Part shown: positions 47,779-57,857 of the stretch, in pieces
Numbering within the stretch: the first letter of the stretch is position 1
How the letters are laid out: each line of letters opens with the position of its first letter
Notes under the pieces: generated by a model
The model's input: the letters and a program-made list of their open reading frames with translations, nothing else
Databases searched by the model: none
Told to the model about the DNA's origin: nothing
NCBI GenBank assembly: GCA_045535075.1
Contig: JAZSKX010000017.1
Location: forward strand, 64,001 to 128,000
Direction of reading: 5' to 3'
DNA: 64,000 nt
DNA from: Candidatus Spyradenecus sp.
GTDB lineage: Bacteria; Verrucomicrobiota; Verrucomicrobiia; Opitutales; UBA953
Program-made: the position numbers and the translations under genes

Positions 47779-50681
47779 TACTTTTCCTCGGTTTTACGGG
47801 AACTCGGTGCCTCTCCGTGATTTTCCCGGTTGGGGTTAAAATTGCTAAACGGCTTCAGCTTCCACTTGACATCGTCAAGCGTTCCCGAAAGCTCCACGGG
47901 AACAAGCGAAGTCGTCTCCGACGCCCAATCGACGAATTTTCCGAGAATCGGAATTTGCGTGAAGCGGCGATTTTTAAAAACGGCATCGCCTTCCAGCGCC
48001 TGCGTTTCAATGTCCACGTTACATCGGACATTCAGCTCGCCGCTTTCGCCGTAAATTTGGAGATTCGGCAAATACACCCTTCCGCCTTCAACCGTAAAAT
48101 CCGTATGCGCATCCGTAAGCGCGAACGAGGTAAGCGGAATTTTCAAAGTCTCCAGAAAACGAGAAAATCCGCCGAAAATCTGCAAATCGAACAGCTTCGG
48201 ATCGTAGAAATCAATCTGCCCGCTCACTGCCAAACTCTTGATATCGGGCAAGGTTAATTCGCCCTTAAACGCAGCCGTGATTTTGGAAAAATCTTCCGTT
48301 TTTTCCGTCGAAACGGCTTCGGAAGAATCCGCGGGAACCTCCGCCTCTTCCTTCCCGAGCGCCGCCAATTTCTCCAAAGCCGTAGAAAAATCGGATTTCG
48401 GCATTTCGGAAATTTTCAAATCAAACGCAATGTGCGTTCCCGCCGTGCCGCCTTCCGGCGGAAACAAAACAAGAATCTCTCCGCCGACATTGCCGCTCCC
48501 GCACCGGGACTCAAACGGCGCAACACGAATATTGCCGCTGTCGTAATTAATTTTTCCGACAAAATCCGAGCCCTCGATGTCAAAAATCTTAAACGCTCCC
48601 GGAGCCGAACGCACATCAACTTCCACAAGAATGCGTTCCCGAGGATAAAAAAATTCGTCTCCGCTCACAAACCCGCGCACAACGGCGCTCCCCGAAGCTT
48701 CGCGCTCCAGCACGCCGCCAAAAATCTCCGGCAGCCCCTCGCCGACAATATTAAAAACATCCGCCGGCGGCATCGATCCGGCAAACCCGAACCGAAAATC
48801 GCGAAAATGATATTCCGGCGCAACCGCATAATGCCATTGCAACGTTCCCGCGACGTGGTCGTTCCCGCGCTTAAAATGCATATCAAACGCCGCAATGACG
48901 GACGGTTCTTCGGCAACGCGCAAGCTGACTTTGTCCACAATCACGCCGCCGCTTTCGGCATTTTCTCCGGCAATTGCGCCGTAGATATATTCCCAACGGG
49001 AACGCGGATCAAGCGTCCCGTAAACATCAATATCCGCCCGCGGCGCGCGCCCCGTCGACGGGATCGAAAGATTGTTCCAAATACGCCACCAAAACCATCC
49101 GAGATAATCGTCGAGAACTTCCGGATTCACCGTTGAGCCGAACGCCTGAACGCGGTATTTCCCTGCCGGCTTCAACTCAAAAAACATCCGCACATTCGAG
49201 CAATAGCGCTCGCCGCTTGCCCGCACAAGCCCGATATCGAGTTCGTCTTTCGTAACCGAACCGTAGCTGAAAAATGTATTTGCTTTTAACGTATCCCAAC
49301 GGACAGCATCGGCATCCAACACATAATCGGCACGGACAAAATCGAATTCGGGAGAAATCACAACATCCGCCCGCAAATTCGGATTTTCCCCGAATTCAAG
49401 TTTATGAATATCCTCGGGAAGCACGGCGGCGACGCGGGGAATCTTGATTAATTTCGGGAAGTCAATTTCGGAATTAACGACCACGCGCGTTCCCGCAACG
49501 GCGGAAAAATCAATTTCCGCAGCCAGCGACGTTCCGAACGCCGCCATATTTACCGTCGCATTCACCGTTTTTTCCTGCAGATCGAAATCACGACTTTCCG
49601 CAAAAAACAACGCAATCGGGAATTTCCCGTTGAGAAAATTTTCGGCTTCCGCGCTCAAAGCGGAAACCGCAATCTGTCGGGGAACAATGCCGAAATCGTC
49701 GCCAAGATCAACGCGAACGGCACAATCAACTTCCTCCGCGGCAACCGTCCACGCATCAAAAAGTTCGCCCTCGTTAATCCCGCAGGCGACGCGCTCGGCT
49801 GAAGCGCGAATCGGCTTAAGCAACGATATTTCTTGCGTTTCCGAGTCTAAATTCAACTCTCCGTGTATGTGCAATTTATTTACGGATAAATTTGCGGCGT
49901 CGAGCCTCAGGGCTTCGCAAAAAAGATCTGCGTGCAACTCGGCATTGTCGTCTTCATCCGGCTCGATAACTAATTGCAGGCAGGTGTTTTTATCCGCATC
50001 CAACGCATCCAGCCGACGGTTTACCGACGAAAGCGTTCCCGCAAACCCGAAAACCGGCGCAAGAAATCCGGATTCCGCAGAACCGCCTTCCCCTCGCTCC
50101 GTCGTTCCCGCATCTTCACCCCCCGCATTGCCGCGTCCGAACAGTGAAAAATTAAACGCCCCGGAAGCGTAAAACGGTATTTTCCCGACACGTGCAACCG
50201 CGTCTTTCAGGTTAATTTCTCCGAAAGAATACGACGCATTAATGCGCCCATCGGAAAGGACAATCTCGGGTTTTCCCGTTTGCGAAAGGCTCCCCGGGCA
50301 ACGCAATTCAAGCCCGTCGAAAAAGAAAGTTTGAACGTTCTTATCGGGCTTGATGACGTTTTTCCAATTAAAATAAACTCCCGCCGTGCGCAAAGAAATC
50401 GTCGGCTCAAGGCTCGCGGAATGCGCAATTGAAATCCGGCGCAACTCAAGAAATGCAAGACGCCGCAAAACGCCGCCGCCGATTTCAAGACGCGTTCCCG
50501 CCGGCGCAAATTTTTCCGACATCCACTTGCAGACGAAATCCGGGAGCTCGACATCGCGTTGCGCCAAATAAAGCAAAGTCGCCTGAACTCCGAAAAGTCC
50601 CACTAAAATGATATGCAACGCTCTGGAAAGCTTTGCGGTGCGGGAAGACTTTTTTTTCGGATTCATCGTACGCGCTATCAT
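47778..50681 (-). CDS. AsmA-like / TamB-like membrane-anchored beta-rich protein
   Basis: One N-terminal TM, long beta-rich body, C-terminal IPILGK...VELSGTLDDVKW typical of AsmA_2 ends. Confidence 0.65.
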   Translation of the reverse strand: MIARTMNPKKKSSRTAKLSRALHIILVGLFGVQATLLYLAQRDVELPDFVCKWMSEKFAPAGTRLEIGGGVLRRLAFLELRRISIAHSASLEPTISLRTAGVYFNWKNVIKPDKNVQTFFFDGLELRCPGSLSQTGKPEIVLSDGRINASYSFGEINLKDAVARVGKIPFYASGAFNFSLFGRGNAGGEDAGTTERGEGGSAESGFLAPVFGFAGTLSSVNRRLDALDADKNTCLQLVIEPDEDDNAELHADLFCEALRLDAANLSVNKLHIHGELNLDSETQEISLLKPIRASAERVACGINEGELFDAWTVAAEEVDCAVRVDLGDDFGIVPRQIAVSALSAEAENFLNGKFPIALFFAESRDFDLQEKTVNATVNMAAFGTSLAAEIDFSAVAGTRVVVNSEIDFPKLIKIPRVAAVLPEDIHKLEFGENPNLRADVVISPEFDFVRADYVLDADAVRWDTLKANTFFSYGSVTKDELDIGLVRASGERYCSNVRMFFELKPAGKYRVQAFGSTVNPEVLDDYLGWFWWRIWNNLSIPSTGRAPRADIDVYGTLDPRSRWEYIYGAIAGENAESGGVIVDKVSLRVAEEPSVIAAFDMHFKRGNDHVAGTLQWHYAVAPEYHFRDFRFGFAGSMPPADVFNIVGEGLPEIFGGVLEREASGSAVVRGFVSGDEFFYPRERILVEVDVRSAPGAFKIFDIEGSDFVGKINYDSGNIRVAPFESRCGSGNVGGEILVLFPPEGGTAGTHIAFDLKISEMPKSDFSTALEKLAALGKEEAEVPADSSEAVSTEKTEDFSKITAAFKGELTLPDIKSLAVSGQIDFYDPKLFDLQIFGGFSRFLETLKIPLTSFALTDAHTDFTVEGGRVYLPNLQIYGESGELNVRCNVDIETQALEGDAVFKNRRFTQIPILGKFVDWASETTSLVPVELSGTLDDVKWKLKPFSNFNPNRENHGEAPSSRKTEEK

Positions 50682-50877
50682 GATTTTTTCTTCCGCCGTT
50701 TTCGACGTTTATTTTCCGAAAGAAAATCCCCGCGTTCCCGCAAGAATCATACTTTTTGCGCGGAAAACAAAAATGTCTTTCCTCTCCACAACCGCATTTA
50801 TACCAATCTTAAAAAAATCCCTGAAAAAACGGACATTCCCGGGCGCGTTTGGCATTCATGCGCAAGGGCAGAAAGAC

Positions 50878-50928
50878 ACGAAAAAGCCCGCAATCCTTTT
50901 GTTTATGCGGATTTGCGGGCTTTTGAAA
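50878..50928 (-). terminator. Terminator hairpin after tRNA-Met (shared with the tRNA-Glu downstream element)
   Basis: Minus strand: TTTCAAAAGCCCGCAA...TTGCGGGCTTTTTCGT. Confidence 0.75.
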
Positions 50929-50929
50929 T

Positions 50930-51006
<77 letters not shown>

Positions 51007-51061
51007 ATAAAATGAAAGAGCCTTCATTAAGACCTTTTTATCGGGCAAATGCAAGCACTTT

Positions 51062-52360
51062 TTAAACGCGTTCCATCAGCGGAACAAAGTGCCGTTCGTT
51101 TTCGCCGATGTAAACCTGGCGCGGGCGATAAATTTTCCCGCCCGGGCGCTCCGCCATTTCCTTCCATTGCGCGATCCATCCGGGCATACGTCCCATCGCA
51201 AAAATAACGGGAAACATATTCACGGGAATGCCGAGTGCACGCAGAATGATGCCGCTATAGAAATCCACGTTCGGGTAAAGATTGCGCGCTTTGAAATATT
51301 CGTCGTTAAGAGCGATGTTTTCGAGGCGGTGAGCGATTTTCAAAAGCGGATCGTCCATACCGAGCGCGTCAAAGATTTTCAGGCATTGCTTGTGGAGAAT
51401 TTTTGCGCGCGGATCGTAATTTTTGTAAACGCGATGCCCGAATCCCATGAGGCGCACTTCGCCGGATTTGGCTCGTTGGACAAACTTAGATCCGTCGTCG
51501 CCACTTTCGCTGATTTCCGTAAGCATTTCGATAACCGCCTGATTCGCGCCGCCGTGCATCGGACCCCAAAGCGCACAGACGCCCGCGGAAACGGAGGCGA
51601 AGAGATTTGCGCCGCCGGAACCGACCATGCGCACCGTCGAGGTCGAGCAGTTTTGTTCGTGATCGATGTGCAAGAGCAAAAGTGTATCGAGGGCTTTTGC
51701 GACGTCGGGGTGAATCGGCGAATCTTCCCCCGGGTAGGAAAACATCATATGCAGGAAGTTTTCGCAGTAACTGTATCCGCGTTTCGGATACGTTACGGGA
51801 AGCCCGTTGCGGTAGCGGTAGCCCATTGCGGCGAGCGCGCGAACTTTGGAAATAAGGACGGTCGTCGTGCGGTCGAAGTTTTCCAAGTCCTGCTTGCGAT
51901 TATTCGACGAGAGTTCGGGATAATAGCACCCGAGAGCGTTGAGCATCGCGGAAAGTCCCGCCATCGGGTGTGCCGTCATCGGAAATCCGGCGACCATCGT
52001 CCGCAGCGCTTCGTGAATTCCCGCGTTCATGAGAATACGGTTGCGAAAATCTTCAAGATCGCGAGCCGTCGGCAGTTCGCCGTAAATGACGAGATACGCG
52101 CTTTCGATAAAATTGGAGCGAGCGGCGAGCTCCTCAATCGGATAGCCGCGATAGCGAAGAATTCCTTTTTCTCCGTCGATAAAAGTGATTGCGCTCTCGC
52201 ATGAGCCGGTGTTCCCGTAGCCTTCATCGTAAGTGATAAAGCCTGTTTCCGCGCGTAATTTTCGAATATCAACCGCGTGCTCGCCCTCCGTTCCGATAAT
52301 AACCGGCGCAATATAACCGCGATTTCCGAATCTGACCTTGATTTCTGATTTGTTCACCAT
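51062..52360 (-). CDS. gltA: Citrate synthase
   Basis: [44 protein letters not shown]. Confidence 0.97.
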   Translation of the reverse strand: MVNKSEIKVRFGNRGYIAPVIIGTEGEHAVDIRKLRAETGFITYDEGYGNTGSCESAITFIDGEKGILRYRGYPIEELAARSNFIESAYLVIYGELPTARDLEDFRNRILMNAGIHEALRTMVAGFPMTAHPMAGLSAMLNALGCYYPELSSNNRKQDLENFDRTTTVLISKVRALAAMGYRYRNGLPVTYPKRGYSYCENFLHMMFSYPGEDSPIHPDVAKALDTLLLLHIDHEQNCSTSTVRMVGSGGANLFASVSAGVCALWGPMHGGANQAVIEMLTEISESGDDGSKFVQRAKSGEVRLMGFGHRVYKNYDPRAKILHKQCLKIFDALGMDDPLLKIAHRLENIALNDEYFKARNLYPNVDFYSGIILRALGIPVNMFPVIFAMGRMPGWIAQWKEMAERPGGKIYRPRQVYIGENERHFVPLMERV

Positions 52361-52530
52361 TGCTAAGCTCAGGCGAGTATTCCTTATTTCCGCCGTTTTT
52401 TAAATGATTTTTTTCCCGTGGAGATGAAAACGAAGCAGGATTTTAAGCAATAAACGGAGGTGAATTATAAACAAAAATTTAAGATTCTCGGATTGATTTT
52501 CCGCAAAAATCGCCCCTAATCTTTGTTTAC

Positions 52531-53067
52531 ATGAATCTTTTCATCGAAAGAAGATTTGTTTTTTCGACACTTGCTCTCATCACGCTTTGTGCGGGAACAG
52601 GAACTTTTTCCGCTCTAAATGCGCTTGCACGGGAACGGGAATCTTCGGGAATGCTCGTTTTTTCGCAAGGACTATTTCGAAAACTTCCCGACGGGAACGC
52701 GCTTTTTTCTTCCGTGACAATTTCAAACAAAGGACGCCGAGCCGTATTGATGCTCGCTCGTGAACCGACCTGCGAAGCGGAATTGAAAACTCACGAAAAT
52801 CTGTTAACCCACTACTTGCAAACTCTTCCGCCGGGAGACTTTCTTTTCCTAATCGACGATTCAGGGAAAATCATACTTCAACGCGAAATTCCGAAGACTC
52901 GCAAAATATTTGAACTCGCCGACGAAATAAAAATCCTCTTTTCCCGACTACAGAGCGTTCCCGTGAATTATTTCCCGATAGACCGGTTGCGCGGAAAAGT
53001 TCGCACGGACATTTATGAAGGAAATGCAGCGTTTCCCGTTCCCGCAAGCAAAGGAGGCGCGCAATGA
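52531..53067 (+). CDS. Hypothetical exported/membrane protein, coupled to the sensor kinase
   Basis: 178-aa ORF with a hydrophobic N-terminus; ATGA overlap with the next gene. Confidence 0.55.
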   Translation: MNLFIERRFVFSTLALITLCAGTGTFSALNALARERESSGMLVFSQGLFRKLPDGNALFSSVTISNKGRRAVLMLAREPTCEAELKTHENLLTHYLQTLPPGDFLFLIDDSGKIILQREIPKTRKIFELADEIKILFSRLQSVPVNYFPIDRLRGKVRTDIYEGNAAFPVPASKGGAQ

Positions 53068-54437
53068 AACTCTCGCGTTGGGGGCTTTGCGCCGTTTTAC
53101 TCGCGTGCATATCCGTTACTTTGTCTGCCGTCGTTTGGCTCGGGAAAAACGTCTTTGAAACCTATTCAACCCGCGACACGGAGATTGCCGCCGCGCGAGT
53201 TATTGAACTTACGCACACTTGGGAAACGGCAATCTTTCACGATTGGAGCAATTGTATTGAAAAATTAAATACGATTTCCCCGAAAGATTTTTCCGAATCA
53301 AGCGTCCGGGCGATTACGGAAAAAACGCGCTTTCGCTTCCCGGCGCGCATCGAAGAAAAAGCGTCGGCCGATGCACCCGAAAGCGCCGACAACAAGTTTT
53401 CGGTTTTGCGGGAAAACGGTTTTTATATTTTGCAGCGAAAAACACGACAACACGGCATTCAACGCATTGTGTTTGAAGAAAATGCACTTTTTGAATCAAT
53501 CGGCAAGTACGCCGCGCAAACAATTTCCCGCCTCGAAAATGCATCTCTGAGCCTTGTTTCGGTTCCCGCCGAACGAGGATTCGGAATCGTTCGCGAGCTT
53601 CCCGGAGCAAAGCTGGAAATTAAACTCGGTGCGCGAAAGCATGCGGATTCCGTAGCGGCAAAGCACGCGGTTTGGCTCGCCGCTTTCGGAATTTGCGTGA
53701 TGCTCGGAGCTATTTTCTTTTTAGCAATGCGCGTTTTTTCGTTGAGCGAGAAGCGATATCTTTTTGCATTCGCCATCTCACATGAATTAAAAACGCCGCT
53801 TGCCGAATTGCGCGCCTGCGCGGAAACGGCAATCGAGCTTTCCCGCGAAAACGCTGTACGCAAAGAGCTCGCAACCATCGACCGCAGTTCACGGGAACTA
53901 AGCGCCATTGTCGAAAACCTCCTGATTTTTTCACGTATGAAAAACGGGAATCTGCATTTCTCATTGACGGAATTTACCGTCGAAGATGTCTTTTCCCGAA
54001 TTTTTGATCGCATTGCCGAACGCCTGATTTCCGTCGACGCCGACGCGTTTTTCGAAATTGCGCCGAGCGTACGGGAACGCCGCCTTCAAACATCCATCGA
54101 AATGCTCGGGCGCATCTTGTTTAACCTTGCCGACAATGCCGCGAAATACGGTTGCCGAGATCTCGAAGAAAACACCGTTACATTTCGAGTCCACGCAAAC
54201 GCGAACAAACTCTGCATTGATGTCGAAGATAAAGGATTCGGGATTCCGGAAAAATTTCGCTCCCGTATTTTTAGAGCGTTTGAGCGCGGGAACGCCAAAC
54301 ATGAGGCGCGCGGCCTCGGGCTCGGGCTGACGATTTCCGAGCAGTCGGCAAAATTGCTCGGCGGTAAACTCATTTTACTGAAATCCGACCGGACGGGAAC
54401 AACTTTCCGGCTCGAGCTTCCGCTTCTGAATTTCTAA
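53064..54437 (+). CDS. Sensor histidine kinase
   Basis: Two TM segments; H-box ISHELKTPL, N-box NLADNAAKY, G1 DKGFGI, G2 GLGLGL. Confidence 0.92.
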   Translation: MKLSRWGLCAVLLACISVTLSAVVWLGKNVFETYSTRDTEIAAARVIELTHTWETAIFHDWSNCIEKLNTISPKDFSESSVRAITEKTRFRFPARIEEKASADAPESADNKFSVLRENGFYILQRKTRQHGIQRIVFEENALFESIGKYAAQTISRLENASLSLVSVPAERGFGIVRELPGAKLEIKLGARKHADSVAAKHAVWLAAFGICVMLGAIFFLAMRVFSLSEKRYLFAFAISHELKTPLAELRACAETAIELSRENAVRKELATIDRSSRELSAIVENLLIFSRMKNGNLHFSLTEFTVEDVFSRIFDRIAERLISVDADAFFEIAPSVRERRLQTSIEMLGRILFNLADNAAKYGCRDLEENTVTFRVHANANKLCIDVEDKGFGIPEKFRSRIFRAFERGNAKHEARGLGLGLTISEQSAKLLGGKLILLKSDRTGTTFRLELPLLNF

Positions 54438-54454
54438 TCTGATTCTACCACTCC

Positions 54455-55141
54455 ATGCTTCACTTGCTCTATATCGAAGACAACGCCACAATTCGCAAGC
54501 GTGTCGCCAATACTCTTCGCGGGAACGACTTTACCGTTTCGGAAATCGCAACGGCGGCGGAGGCAATGTCTGCATTCGAAAAAAAAACGTTTGATCTGGT
54601 ACTGCTTGATTTGCTCTTGCCGGACGGGAACGGGATCGACCTGCTAAAAAAATTACGTCTCGGGAAAAACGCAAACGTTCCCGTCATTATCATTTCCGCA
54701 TTGGGCGAAAATATCGACGCGCGTGTTTCCGGGCTTGATGCCGGAGCAAATGATTATCTTTCCAAACCGTTCAGCGTGCGGGAGCTTATCGCGCGCATTC
54801 GCGCTGTCATGCGAAGTGCCACGCCGGCGAGCGAGAGCCTGATTCCGTCGTTCATACAGCTCAACGGCGGCAAACTGAATTTGCAACATCCCTGCATTCT
54901 GCGAGACGACGGCAGCCAAATCCAACTGAGCATGAAAGAATTTTGTCTGTTCCGTTATTTTGCGGAACATCCGAAACGAATCATTTCCATCGAGGAAATT
55001 TTAACTCAAGTTTGGAAATTAAACCCTCCGGCAACGGCAACCGCCAGCCCCGTTGTTCTGATTTCCCGCCTTCGAAAAAAGACGGAAGGGCTTTGCGTCA
55101 TCGAAGTCGTGCGCGGGAACGGCTATCGGTTTTCGTTTTAA
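54455..55141 (+). CDS. OmpR/PhoB-family response regulator
   Basis: IEDN, LLDLLLPDGNG, GANDYLSKPF, C-terminal ISRLRKK...VRGNGY. Confidence 0.92.
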   Translation: MLHLLYIEDNATIRKRVANTLRGNDFTVSEIATAAEAMSAFEKKTFDLVLLDLLLPDGNGIDLLKKLRLGKNANVPVIIISALGENIDARVSGLDAGANDYLSKPFSVRELIARIRAVMRSATPASESLIPSFIQLNGGKLNLQHPCILRDDGSQIQLSMKEFCLFRYFAEHPKRIISIEEILTQVWKLNPPATATASPVVLISRLRKKTEGLCVIEVVRGNGYRFSF

Positions 55142-55158
55142 CACTTCCGAGCAGCCGT

Positions 55159-55662
55159 CTAGATCCCAAGGTCCGCTCGCATGAAATCGACAACTTGCTT
55201 GAAGCGTGCGACATTTTCCGGATTCGCGCCCATCAGCGTCTCGTGCGCCTGCAGGATGGTATGATTTGTCGCCGGAGAAATGCCCTGCTCGCTTGAAGCC
55301 CCGTCCGCGAGAATCGTTTCCGTTCCCGCCGCCACAGCGTCGCCGGGAATATACGTCATTAGCGAGCAAAGCCCGAGATTTTCGACGACTTCGGCAATGC
55401 GCGCACTGCAACGTTGCATAATGAGCTCTGCTCCGCGGGCGCTCAGATCGCCGGCGGCTCCCGCGATTAATCCGAGCACGGTGCTGTCCACGCCATCGCA
55501 ATGTTTCATGTCGAGAATCAGGCGCTTAACGGCATCGTTTTTCCCGATTTTTTCGAGAAATTCTCCAAATTCTCTGCAAGTGGTATAGACGGCGCGTCCG
55601 TGAATGGAGACGACGACGGAATCGCCTAATGCGGCGACGAGGTATTGAGTATTTCCGGGCAT
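55159..55662 (-). CDS. STAS-domain anti-sigma-factor antagonist
   Basis: LILDMKHCDGVDSTVLG carries the phosphorylatable Ser motif; ILQAHETLM tail. Confidence 0.82.
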   Translation of the reverse strand: MPGNTQYLVAALGDSVVVSIHGRAVYTTCREFGEFLEKIGKNDAVKRLILDMKHCDGVDSTVLGLIAGAAGDLSARGAELIMQRCSARIAEVVENLGLCSLMTYIPGDAVAAGTETILADGASSEQGISPATNHTILQAHETLMGANPENVARFKQVVDFMRADLGI

Positions 55663-55682
55663 TTTAGAGTGAGGGGTAAAAT

Positions 55683-57845
55683 TTATTGAATCGGCGCGGG
55701 AACGGTTTGGACCGGCTCGTTTTCGACGGGAGCCGGAACCGGAATTTCGGGAATATCCTTCGAGAAATCACGCGCGAAAGTCAGTTTGTGAATTGCATCG
55801 ATAAAAGATTGCTTCATTCGGAAAACACAATTTTGCTCCGGGCTTCCGGCGAGCTGGAACGTCCCGCCGAGGCGCTTTGTTAAATAATATACATAAACTT
55901 CCGGTTTTTGCGATGTCGCGGGAAGTATTTCAATTTCGAGTTTCCACCGCCAAGTTTCGGCGCGACCGGAGTCGAGATAATCATATTTAAAATTCGGGGA
56001 AAACGCGTCGGGCAAAAACGCTTCCGCGTCAAGATGCGTCACGCATTTGGCGAGAGCCAATGTTTCCGCAGAAACGACATCGTTTTTAAGTGCGAGATGC
56101 GCCATCCAATCGGTAACATCCTTCGGGCATTCTTCGGCGTAAACGGTCTTTTCGGGGGAAACGGAAATATCGGTCAGCTTTATCGAAAGCAACTTCGCAT
56201 TTGCAGGCATGCGGTAAATCGTACGTTCGCGGAAATCGCAGGGCTGAATCGAAAGCGCTTCGACGATTTTAGAATCAATCGTATAAATCGCATTTTCGAG
56301 TTTCGCGTGATAGGGGAAACCGGGCGCAATCGGAGCAGCAATCGCAAGCTCGATAGTCCGCGCCGGTTCGGAATTTTTCGGAGACGCGTCCAGCTCCAAA
56401 TTGACGGTCCGCAAAGGCTCATCAAACCCGAGTTCCTTCCGGTCGCTGTCCGTTGCATTGTCCGTAACAAATGCTTGGAAAAGCTTCCTTTGGGCGGAAG
56501 AAGATTTTGCATTTGCGGGAACAGGCATGTTAACCGCCCGCAGGTTTCTCAGCTCTTCGACGAGCTGTTTGATCGCGGCGGGATCGACGGTTGTCGCGCT
56601 CGTTACAAGCGAACCGGTTGAAACCGGCATCTGCCAAGCGGCGTAAATTGCGTCTCCGTTTGCGGGAACAGCGGGAACGGGCGTCTCAACGGCTCCAAGC
56701 ATTCCGCTTGCGTCCGAACCGAGTTCAACCGCTCCGGTGTCAACGGCTTTGGGAGCTTCCGTTCCGCTTGCCGACGAATTCGTGCGATAGAGTTCAAGGG
56801 AATTTTCCCGGGCATGAATTTTTACGGCTCGAAGCAATTCCGGTTCGAATTTCAGGAAACGCGGTTCCCGCAGCTCTGCGACGGTCGCGCCCACATTGTT
56901 CCACGATTCCACGGCGGTAGCGGGAATCGTAAAAATTGCGTCGTTCCCGTCAAGCTTCGCGTAAAGTTCCGTTTTATCCGCAGGATTAACGTTCCCGACG
57001 AGCAAGCTTTGCGAGCGCATCGCTCCGTAAAAAGAAAATCGCATCGTCGGAGATTTGAGCCCGGAAGCTTCCAAAAGAGCAAGATCGCCGACGGGAAAGC
57101 TTTTAAATTTAAGCTCTGTCAAAGCTTTAAGCCGTTGTTCGACTTTTTGAGCTTCGGCATCGGCAGCGATCGGCGTTTCAAGGCGCCAGCCGTATTCGAT
57201 TTTTCCGTCGTTCCCGGATTCACGGCGCGTCCTCGCCAGCCCGATACGTTGCTCGTGACCGCCTTTTGCCTCAATGCGAACGGCAAAAGAGCGCACCTCG
57301 TAATTCGCCATGGAAAAAACTTCCGGAGAACGGAAATCATCAAGTTTTTTGGAAAGACTTTTCAGCAACGACGTTTTCGCAAGAATAATCTGCTTCCCGT
57401 CGGGAGAAAGCACGTAGACGCCGCGCGCGTCCGGCGTTTCCTTCCCGATTTTGAGGGTATGCGTTCCCGCGTCGTCGGAAACCGCGAGCGTCAACACCGG
57501 ATTTTCCAATCCGTAATCGGCAAGCGAGCTTCCGGCGGTTTTGGCTTCCTCAACGGAGAAGCTTCCTTCGTCGCCGAGAAATCGCAAATCGTTGAGTAGC
57601 GGATTCACGACAAAGGGATTTGCCGGCCATGTGTAAGGCTCGGTAATAAACCAATCCTTCTTACGAAGTTCCAATAGGAAGCCCTTGCCGAGAGTCGTTC
57701 CGGAAACTGCGATTTTTGAAATTCCTGCAGAAAAAAGCGAACGACTGACGCTTCCCGCAACCTCGGTTTTGCCGGATTCGTGTAAAATTAATCCGAAGGT
57801 CAGAATATTCGCGACGAGAAGAAAAACGGTAAGTTTAAAACGCAT
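55683..57845 (-). CDS. DUF4340 domain protein
   Basis: N-terminal TM; repeated YGLENP/SGLKSP/LGFDEP motifs; lies after gldG-like gene. Confidence 0.78.
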   Translation of the reverse strand: MRFKLTVFLLVANILTFGLILHESGKTEVAGSVSRSLFSAGISKIAVSGTTLGKGFLLELRKKDWFITEPYTWPANPFVVNPLLNDLRFLGDEGSFSVEEAKTAGSSLADYGLENPVLTLAVSDDAGTHTLKIGKETPDARGVYVLSPDGKQIILAKTSLLKSLSKKLDDFRSPEVFSMANYEVRSFAVRIEAKGGHEQRIGLARTRRESGNDGKIEYGWRLETPIAADAEAQKVEQRLKALTELKFKSFPVGDLALLEASGLKSPTMRFSFYGAMRSQSLLVGNVNPADKTELYAKLDGNDAIFTIPATAVESWNNVGATVAELREPRFLKFEPELLRAVKIHARENSLELYRTNSSASGTEAPKAVDTGAVELGSDASGMLGAVETPVPAVPANGDAIYAAWQMPVSTGSLVTSATTVDPAAIKQLVEELRNLRAVNMPVPANAKSSSAQRKLFQAFVTDNATDSDRKELGFDEPLRTVNLELDASPKNSEPARTIELAIAAPIAPGFPYHAKLENAIYTIDSKIVEALSIQPCDFRERTIYRMPANAKLLSIKLTDISVSPEKTVYAEECPKDVTDWMAHLALKNDVVSAETLALAKCVTHLDAEAFLPDAFSPNFKYDYLDSGRAETWRWKLEIEILPATSQKPEVYVYYLTKRLGGTFQLAGSPEQNCVFRMKQSFIDAIHKLTFARDFSKDIPEIPVPAPVENEPVQTVPAPIQ

Positions 57846-57857
57846 TTTATTAAAAAA

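Noticed and set aside
50891..50920. dif-like site within the hairpin after tRNA-Met (CCGCATAA-N6)
   Set aside because: Only a partial XerC-arm resemblance; no XerD arm (TTATGTTAAAT).
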